Below are positions 1 through 5,700 of a DNA stretch of 7,607 nucleotides, in pieces; the stretch's first letter is position 1; every line of letters starts with the position of its first letter. The stretch lies in the NCBI GenBank assembly GCA_030668875.1, contig DAOVER010000090.1:1-7607 (forward strand), given 5' to 3'. The translations under genes were made by a program, and so were the position numbers. Below the pieces are notes generated by a model. It did no database searches and had not been told where the DNA came from. It was given only the letters and a program-made list of their open reading frames with translations. The DNA is from Candidatus Heimdallarchaeota archaeon. GTDB taxonomy: Archaea; Asgardarchaeota; Heimdallarchaeia; Heimdallarchaeales; Heimdallarchaeaceae.

Positions 1-6
1 ATTTCA

Positions 7-40
7 TTGCGAAAAAAGAGGGGAGAGGAGAAGAAAAGTA
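7..40 (-). terminator. Possible minus-strand pyrimidine-rich terminator tract downstream of X1
   Basis: Plus strand reads TTGCGAAAAA...AGAAAAGTA and is purine-only from 11 to 38. It lies ~200 nt past the X1 stop and resembles 2155-2192 behind the S8 gene. Confidence 0.35.
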
Positions 41-242
41 TAGCAAAAGACGACTATTTTGATAATATCACCAGAAGTGTGATAAATCTAGGAGAAAAAT
101 GTCTTGATCTTATTGAACATTAGTCATCAGTAATTAAGTGATTACTAAATATCCTAATAGATTATAGAATTGCTTCAAATTAGCATAAAACAGGTCTATT
201 TAAAACAAATTTCGATTTAGTGAGTTGCATGCTCTTTAGGGA

Positions 243-1682
243 TTAAATAATTATACTGTTATACTCTCTTTTGACAAGAATAATTCGTAGGTTTATAAGG
301 AAGGAGAATAAAGTGTCAGAATGTTCCTTAGCATAACAGTGTATGAAGTCAGGAGAGCGAGAAAAAGAACCAGAATCAAACATCTGATCTAACTCTGAAA
401 AGGTTATCCTATTGTAGAAAACTTGCCAAGGTTCGTTTCCATAGTATCTGTTCCATACATAATGAAAATATTTTTCACCTTTTTCGCCATGAGCATATGC
501 TTCAGAAAAATTAGGCGTGGTAGTTAATCGCACTTCTTGAAAAACTGTGCCATTATATTTCCCTAAGAAGAGGTCTGTATGGGAATCCAGAAGAGAGGGA
601 AAGCGAGAGTAGATGAAAAGATAACTTTCTTTATCTAATTCAAATATAGATTCCTCAATAAAAAACCATTGACCTGGAAAAGTAGTAATCTCTTTAGTGA
701 CAGAATAGGTTGAATTAAGAAAGGTTGTAACAAAAAGCCTACTAATATTATTAACCCTACCGCTTTCATAATGAAATACATCAAATCCCTCATTTCTTGG
801 AATTATAGCAATTGGGAACCTGGGAGGATAGCACTCTCCCAATATATACAGTCGCCAACCTTCAACAGGCCAACAAATTGCGAGATAAGTATAGCTTTGT
901 ACACTATCGATTCTTCTTTCCCAAAGAAGAGCAATAGTTGAATTCATGATTTTAAAATCTCCAGGAGCTTGTACATCGTGATCAGTTATTTCTGGAAAAA
1001 TCTCATGCATGAAAGTAGCTTGTTTAGAACTGGAATTGTATATAACAGGTGTATTAACCTTAGGAGTGGTACCATCATCAATATATGGAGGTTGATAGAT
1101 AAAAGCAATTACTATATCACCAGTTCCTGAAAAAAACCAATTTAGCAGAGCACTTCGAGCTAATGTACTAATGTTAAGAGGTAAATAATCAAAATCTGGA
1201 TGATCTTCCCAAGAGTTATTGGTTATTTTTAGAATTTCTCCTAATTGAAAATCGAAACCACTGTATGCATAGATGTAAATAATGGGGCATTTTTCAGAGT
1301 CCAAAGCTATTCGAACCTGGTAGAAATCACCTGCAATTCCCCACTCAAATCTAGGTAAACCATAGAACGAATCATTGTTAAAATTTAAAATTCCATAAAT
1401 AAGATTGTCATTTACAACTACATCTCCATATTTTGAAGAATTCGTTGAGCAGAAATGAATTATATCATCACTTTCTAAGATTATGTCAGAAACTGAACCA
1501 TTCCATAGTGGATTAGGATAAATACGATTGATAAGAGCATCATAAAAACCATTGGTGTTGTTTATATGATTGTTGTTGTTATTTTGTGGAGGTGGTTGAA
1601 AATAGTAGTGCAAAGAGACAGCTATAACACTAAGACTCACAACTATACAGCTAGTAATGATGATCTTCCATCTCTTTCGCAT
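243..1682 (-). CDS. Family-X protein 1 (X1): N-terminally membrane-anchored, probably extracellular and glycosylated, beta-rich (possible beta-propeller) protein of unknown function, 479 aa
   Basis: ATG with AGGTGA 5 nt upstream and a TAA stop. Basic N-terminus plus hydrophobic helix (RKRWK-IIITSCIVVSLSVIAVSL) and many N-x-S/T sequons. Colinear similarity to 4145-5593 (YPNxLWN, IHFC, TPVIYN, FPEI, PGDFK, PIAIIP, YESGxxNNISRL, TDLxLGKY). The fold call is an inference. Confidence 0.85.
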   Translation of the reverse strand: MRKRWKIIITSCIVVSLSVIAVSLHYYFQPPPQNNNNNHINNTNGFYDALINRIYPNPLWNGSVSDIILESDDIIHFCSTNSSKYGDVVVNDNLIYGILNFNNDSFYGLPRFEWGIAGDFYQVRIALDSEKCPIIYIYAYSGFDFQLGEILKITNNSWEDHPDFDYLPLNISTLARSALLNWFFSGTGDIVIAFIYQPPYIDDGTTPKVNTPVIYNSSSKQATFMHEIFPEITDHDVQAPGDFKIMNSTIALLWERRIDSVQSYTYLAICWPVEGWRLYILGECYPPRFPIAIIPRNEGFDVFHYESGRVNNISRLFVTTFLNSTYSVTKEITTFPGQWFFIEESIFELDKESYLFIYSRFPSLLDSHTDLFLGKYNGTVFQEVRLTTTPNFSEAYAHGEKGEKYFHYVWNRYYGNEPWQVFYNRITFSELDQMFDSGSFSRSPDFIHCYAKEHSDTLFSFLINLRIILVKREYNSIII

Positions 1683-1686
1683 TCAG

Positions 1687-1716
1687 TCACCTATATTATT
1701 ATATTTGTTTAAATAC
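1687..1716 (-). promoter_or_regulatory. Putative TATA box and Shine-Dalgarno motif of X1
   Basis: Minus strand: GTATTTAAAC (1716-1707), then AGGTGA (1692-1687), CTGA and the ATG. Confidence 0.45.
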
Positions 1717-1819
1717 ATTAAAGTATTTTGAGTCTTAAATTGAACTAAGTTAAATCTTGTTATTTCACTCATTTAATATCTACATTTAGCTGTTATTCAG
1801 ATTTCAACCCTCTAGTCTT

Positions 1820-1885
1820 TTAGGAAAGACCTGCAATATATTCAAGCATATCGTATACGTCAAGAGAACCGTATCCAACTCTATA
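1820..1885 (-). pseudogene. 3'-terminal fragment of a second S8 peptidase gene (S8')
   Basis: Translates YRVGYGSLDVYDMLEYIAGLS*, versus YRVGYGSLDVYDMLEYVNNLS* at 2275->2210. Identity is 18/21 aa and 52/66 nt, and both end in TAA. Confidence 0.92.
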
Positions 1886-1886
1886 G

Positions 1887-1893
1887 GTTAACA
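1887..1893 (-). other. Fusion junction TGTTAAC, identical to the first 7 nt of the IS481 termini in this window
   Basis: Lies where family-X similarity ends (GTA GAA AAT, 1902-1894) and S8 similarity begins (TAT AGA, 1885). Interpretation as an IS footprint is inference. Confidence 0.45.
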
Positions 1894-2059
1894 ATTTTCT
1901 ACAGTCATATCAGATATGATACTAGTATCCTATAATGAATTAGGATAAAGGTATAAATCGCCATCAGTTTTTCTTCTTAAAAGAGATAATGGTAAAACTA
2001 CTGCAATCACTAGTACAACTACTCTCACAATCGTAGTTCTTTCTAACTCCTTTTTGCAT
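1894..2059 (-). pseudogene. 5' fragment of a third family-X gene (X3)
   Basis: MQKGVR, +1 frameshift, then RTTIVRVVVLVIAVVLPLSLLRRKTDGDLYLYPNSL*DTSIISDMTVEN. It matches X2 YLYPNALWNASIQSDMYVEN at 14/20 positions. TAG at 1932-1930 replaces the conserved Trp. Confidence 0.9.
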
Positions 2060-2089
2060 TCATCCACCTTGACTTAATTATATATTTTT
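2060..2089 (-). promoter_or_regulatory. Relic promoter and ribosome-binding site of X3
   Basis: AAAAATATATAA is identical to the 12-mer upstream of X2 (4102-4113). AGGTGGATGAATG resembles AGGTGACTGAATG at the X1 start. Confidence 0.5.
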
Positions 2090-2160
2090 AATATTTGAGA
2101 GTTTGTATAATAATTTCCTATCTATTTGAAGCGAATTTGTTGGTGCACTTGAATTTGCGA

Positions 2161-2203
2161 AAAACAAAGAAAAAAGAAAAAAGAGAAAAGTATTTCTTTT
2201 CTC
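2161..2203 (-). terminator. Intrinsic terminator of the S8 gene
   Basis: Minus strand: 8-bp stem GAGAAAAG-aaata-CTTTTCTC (2203-2183) immediately followed by a long T-rich tract, starting 6 nt after the stop codon. Confidence 0.75.
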
Positions 2204-2209
2204 ATTTTA

Positions 2210-3484
2210 TTACGAAAGATTGTTAACATATTCTAGCATATCATATACATCAAGTGATCCATAACCAACTCTATATGAATAAAATGTCGTATATTGCCCC
2301 AAATTACCAACTATAGGTTCGCCAACCTTGTTCCAAATTAATTTGTCTGGATCATTTCTTCCATTAGGATCGTTTTCACAAGAATATTTTATACATGCAA
2401 AGAAATCAAATTTTGTTAGCGGACTGCTAGGGGTATTTCTATATTTTATTCTTGAAGTCAAATATGCGGCTGCAGCAACTTGAGGTACTGCGTAACTTGT
2501 ACCAGTATCTTCATAGAACTCTAAATATCCATTATTGTCAGAATCACACATAAGATCAATTTCAAATCCTGGAGTCGCTAGATTAACTGTTGCGTGGGAA
2601 AAACCTTGGCCTTGCAGATAACGACTACCTACATATAGTCCACCAGTTGTTTCTGAGATACATGTTGACATCCTATCAATTTTGTGTGAAGATGTGTGAG
2701 CATCATAAGAGTATATGCCACCTACCCCAAATACATCACTATCCCCTGCTGGATAAGCTAATAAGTTTTCTAATTGATGTGCACCTTCAGGACTGTTTCG
2801 TGTCTCACTATCTGCATTTCCAGATATTGAAACAAGAATACATTTTTGTTGATTTACTAGAACATCAATTTCTTCTGACCAGTGATTTGTGTTACCATCA
2901 AATGACATTGAAATTACTTTGTATTTTCCAGAGGAATGTTGATTATTCCAATTGATAATTCTTTGTAGCTGTTGTTTAATAATATTTGAATCAGGAGCAC
3001 CATATTGAGTTCCAATAAACATAGTAATGCTGATTTCAATGTTTCCATAGCTTTCAAGCAATTGAATCATCAAACTTGTAATCATTGTTCCATGATGATA
3101 ATTATAATTTCTATCTATAGCATTATTTCTGTTCCTATAAGCCCCGTTATAATCAACAAGCATTAAATTTACCCAATCTCCATATTCGTTATAAAAATGT
3201 GTCCAAGTTGTTTTATCTAATCCTGAATCTATAATTGCTATTCTCTCTGCATTCAGGTTATATCTTAGTTTTGAATTGTGTTTTTGAATTGCTTTATCTA
3301 TATTGATCCAATTAACTACTTCATCTGGATCTCCTTCACCATCACTTGGTATACGTGTTGAACCTGCATACTGAATTTCATCTTCTGAATATCCATGGAT
3401 TCCTATAGGGCTAATGTCTAAGATTGTCATACTTCCATAAATCATCAGAACTAATACAATAGTTATTGTTTTATTTCTCTTCAT
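2210..3484 (-). CDS. Secreted or membrane-anchored S8 family (subtilisin-like) serine peptidase, 424 aa
   Basis: Catalytic motifs IAIIDSG (D86), HHGTMITS (H131) and GTSYAVPQVAAAA (S330); oxyanion SGN (N223); YPA and ATPG motifs. N-terminal basic plus hydrophobic signal segment; AAGGAGA upstream. Confidence 0.93.
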   Translation of the reverse strand: MKRNKTITIVLVLMIYGSMTILDISPIGIHGYSEDEIQYAGSTRIPSDGEGDPDEVVNWINIDKAIQKHNSKLRYNLNAERIAIIDSGLDKTTWTHFYNEYGDWVNLMLVDYNGAYRNRNNAIDRNYNYHHGTMITSLMIQLLESYGNIEISITMFIGTQYGAPDSNIIKQQLQRIINWNNQHSSGKYKVISMSFDGNTNHWSEEIDVLVNQQKCILVSISGNADSETRNSPEGAHQLENLLAYPAGDSDVFGVGGIYSYDAHTSSHKIDRMSTCISETTGGLYVGSRYLQGQGFSHATVNLATPGFEIDLMCDSDNNGYLEFYEDTGTSYAVPQVAAAAYLTSRIKYRNTPSSPLTKFDFFACIKYSCENDPNGRNDPDKLIWNKVGEPIVGNLGQYTTFYSYRVGYGSLDVYDMLEYVNNLS

Positions 3485-3490
3485 AATTCA

Positions 3491-3554
3491 TCTCCTTCTC
3501 TTTTGATTCACTGAAATTGTGAATCTAAAATATTAGGTTTTTTAAATATTTAAA
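3491..3554 (-). promoter_or_regulatory. S8 upstream region: SD motif, 7-bp inverted repeat and palindromic TATA-like element
   Basis: AAGGAGA (3497-3491); GATTCAC-N7-GTGAATC (3505-3525); perfect 14-bp palindrome TTTAAATATTTAAA (3541-3554). Confidence 0.45.
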
Positions 3555-3561
3555 CTTTACT

Positions 3562-4076
3562 TGACAACTTGATATTAAAGATTCTCTCTGGGTGGAAGAG
3601 CAGAATCAACATCTCTGTCTCTTAACCATTCTTGATGACTATTCCCGCTTCCTCTTGGAGAGTAGACTCTACCCCCATCCTATCACCCAGCAAGAGATCT
3701 TGACGAGGTTACACCACTGCTTACAGTTTTATAGTCGTCCCAAGCAAGTTCCAACCGATAATGGGGCACAGTTCCACTCTATGCAGAGAGGAACAAGTAC
3801 CTTCACCCGTGTGCTCGCTCAAAAGGAGTGAAACATATCCGCAACCGTGTCTTCCATCCTGAGACTTGTGGGAAAGTAGAGTGTCAGCATGGGACTACCG
3901 TCAGAGAGCTGAAGAGGTTAAGGTTAAAGTATTGCAACACTGACCTCCGACGCTATAAGGACTACTATAACTCCTTCCGCCCTCATCAAGGAATAGGTCT
4001 GCAAACCCCAGGTGAAAGATTTATGAACCACTCACCAAAAGATACCTTCCCCAAAAGTGTAACCGATCTTAGTTGA
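3562..4076 (+). pseudogene. IS481-family transposase catalytic-core pseudogene
   Basis: *QLDIKDSLWVEEQ...DDYSRF...TDNGAQF...(net -1 frameshift near 3811-3825)...HPETCGKVE...YYNSFRPHQGIG..TP. TGA at 3562-3564 sits at the Trp of the LWQxD motif. Confidence 0.9.
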
Positions 4077-4083
4077 GTTAACA
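4055..4083 (+). repeat. Right terminal inverted repeat of IS-a
   Basis: Reverse complement TGTTAACTCAACTAAGATCGGTTACACTT matches the IS-b right end (5672-5700) at 25/29 positions. Confidence 0.85.
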
Positions 4084-4097
4084 AAACTGTAGATTGC

Positions 4098-4144
4098 AGA
4101 AAAAAATATATAAATGTATTGAGAGATTATTATTGAGTGAGGTA
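4098..4144 (+). promoter_or_regulatory. Archaeal-type BRE/TATA promoter and SD-like motif of X2
   Basis: A purine run AGAAAAAAA precedes TATATAAA (4107-4114), 30 nt before the ATG at 4145. GAGGT lies just upstream of the ATG. Confidence 0.6.
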
Positions 4145-5593
4145 ATGCAGAAGAATCTGAGAATGGCTATCGCAATTATGATTATGATAGGTATAAGTCT
4201 TGCGATTGCTTTGCCAATATATTACCTAGTTATAGTACAACCAGAAAAACCATTTACTGATAAATATCTATATCCCAATGCATTATGGAATGCAAGTATT
4301 CAATCTGATATGTATGTAGAAAATGATGACAAGATTCATTTCTGTTTCTCTAACACTATAACTGATTTCGGAGACGACATAGACTTGATCTATACCAGAT
4401 TAAATCTCAAGGAAGACACCATAGCTTTCATTCCAAGATACAATTCAATAATGTTAGTTACTTTTCTAGATATAAGAATAGGATTAGACCCACAAGACAA
4501 TCCTTTCATTTATAGTTATACAAGGGATGGATTTGGATTCTATATGGGGGAGGTTTTAACTGTAATTAATAATACCTGGGAGGAATATCCAGTTCTAGTA
4601 AATGTTCCCTATAATTGTAGTTCAGGGGTAAGAGAATACGTCTATAACTGGCAATTTTTGGATTCCGGTGATGTTATGTTAGCATTCATCTCCCGACAAC
4701 TATTCCAAGTAAATGGAAGTACCACCCTAGTTCAAACACCAGTTATTTACAATGGCACAGAAAACAATGGAATATTCATGCATACTGTTTTTCCTGAAAT
4801 CGTTGAGGATTTTTCGGTATCTCCTGGGGATTTCAAAGTTGTGAATTCTACGATAGCTTTGTTATGGGGGAACTATATAAATGAAATGAATATGCACCCT
4901 TATTTAGCTATAAATTGGCCGGAAAACGGTTGGGAGCTTTATAAATTGGGAATTGGTAATACTCTCCAATATCCTATTGCGATAATCCCTTCTGATAATA
5001 CATTTAATGTGTTTTATTATGAAAGTGGGCATTCAAATAATATCAGTCGACTTTATCAAACACGAGTTTTCAACTCTACTTACTCTACTACTCAAGAGAT
5101 TGCAAGTTTTTACGGTAACCTAATTTTTCATGATGATGCTATTTGCATTCTTAAAGATAATATTTTCCTTTTTGTGTATTCAAGAAGAACCTTTCTAAAT
5201 TATAATACTCAAACTGACCTCTACTTGGGAAAATATGATGGAGAGAAATTTGAGGAAATTAGATTGACACATACATTGAATCACTCTGAATTTTATGCTC
5301 ACTGTGATATAAGTGAGAACTATTTCCATTATGCGTGGTCTAGTTTCAATGATGAAGCTAAAACTGATCTCACTTGGGGACCTAGTTCGATTTACTACAA
5401 TCGTATTCCAATATCTGAAATAGATTCTTTTATTATTAACGGATCTAGTCTTCGTTTAACTCCTGATTTGAATTCTTTATTTCAGAAGAAATACAGCACC
5501 ATTTCAATCTCTTTAATTGTATTGGTTCTCTCTACTAAGAACTCAGAAAAAATCTCCTTGAATTCCTATAATACAAAAACAAGCAGTGAATAA
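4145..5593 (+). CDS. Family-X protein 2 (X2), paralogue of X1, 482 aa from the likely true start
   Basis: The ATG at 4145 (MQKNLR + hydrophobic helix) aligns with the X1 and X3 starts and lies downstream of the TATA box. The ORF-track TTG start at 4094 is upstream of that TATA box. Motifs and sequons are shared with X1; TAA stop. Confidence 0.85.
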   Translation: MQKNLRMAIAIMIMIGISLAIALPIYYLVIVQPEKPFTDKYLYPNALWNASIQSDMYVENDDKIHFCFSNTITDFGDDIDLIYTRLNLKEDTIAFIPRYNSIMLVTFLDIRIGLDPQDNPFIYSYTRDGFGFYMGEVLTVINNTWEEYPVLVNVPYNCSSGVREYVYNWQFLDSGDVMLAFISRQLFQVNGSTTLVQTPVIYNGTENNGIFMHTVFPEIVEDFSVSPGDFKVVNSTIALLWGNYINEMNMHPYLAINWPENGWELYKLGIGNTLQYPIAIIPSDNTFNVFYYESGHSNNISRLYQTRVFNSTYSTTQEIASFYGNLIFHDDAICILKDNIFLFVYSRRTFLNYNTQTDLYLGKYDGEKFEEIRLTHTLNHSEFYAHCDISENYFHYAWSSFNDEAKTDLTWGPSSIYYNRIPISEIDSFIINGSSLRLTPDLNSLFQKKYSTISISLIVLVLSTKNSEKISLNSYNTKTSSE

Positions 5594-5633
5594 TTCGGTT
5601 ATACATAGTATAAAGTAGGAAAGAACAAAATTT

Positions 5634-5657
5634 ACACAATTATTAATATAATTGTGT
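5634..5657. terminator. Perfect hairpin downstream of X2 (possible terminator or IS target structure)
   Basis: ACACAATTAT-TAAT-ATAATTGTGT: 10-bp stem, 4-nt loop, 40 nt after the X2 stop. No poly-T tail follows. Confidence 0.5.
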
Positions 5658-5671
5658 CATGATTCCTGCTC
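5656..5671 (+). repeat. Target-site duplication of IS-b, left copy (16 bp)
   Basis: GTCATGATTCCTGCTC, identical to 6676-6691 and directly abutting TGTTAAC. Confidence 0.95.
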
Positions 5672-5700
5672 TGTTAACTCAACAGACATGGGTTACACTT
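5672..5700 (+). repeat. Terminal inverted repeat (right end of IS-b)
   Basis: TGTTAACTCAACAGACATGGGTTACACTT; contains the transposase TGA stop (5681-5679). Confidence 0.9.

Larger units (their letters stand above)
3553..4083 (+). mobile_element. 5'-truncated IS481-family remnant (IS-a)
   Basis: DDE/rve transposase similarity from about 3553-3562 to 4076. The right end finishes ...GTGTAACCGATCTTAGTTGAGTTAACA. The HTH region and left end are absent, and the left boundary is approximate. Confidence 0.88.

Noticed and set aside
129-146. AGTAAT-N6-ATTACT inverted repeat
   Set aside because: A 6-bp AT-rich stem is expected by chance.
2221-2228. Palindrome TGTTAACA as an IS footprint
   Set aside because: It is in-frame S8 coding sequence (TAT GTT AAC AAT) with no disruption. 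It also shows that the motif can arise by chance.
2590-2955. 121-aa plus-strand ORF
   Set aside because: Antisense shadow of the S8 gene; no motif or RBS.
1899-4093. ACTGTAGA shared between the junction flank (minus strand) and the IS-a right flank, as a split target duplication
   Set aside because: Only 8 bp, not abutting either end, and fully explained at 1906-1899 by X3 codons (ACT GTA GAA).
4094-4144. TTG start giving a 499-aa X2
   Set aside because: The extension covers the TATA box. The ATG at 4145 aligns with both paralogue starts.
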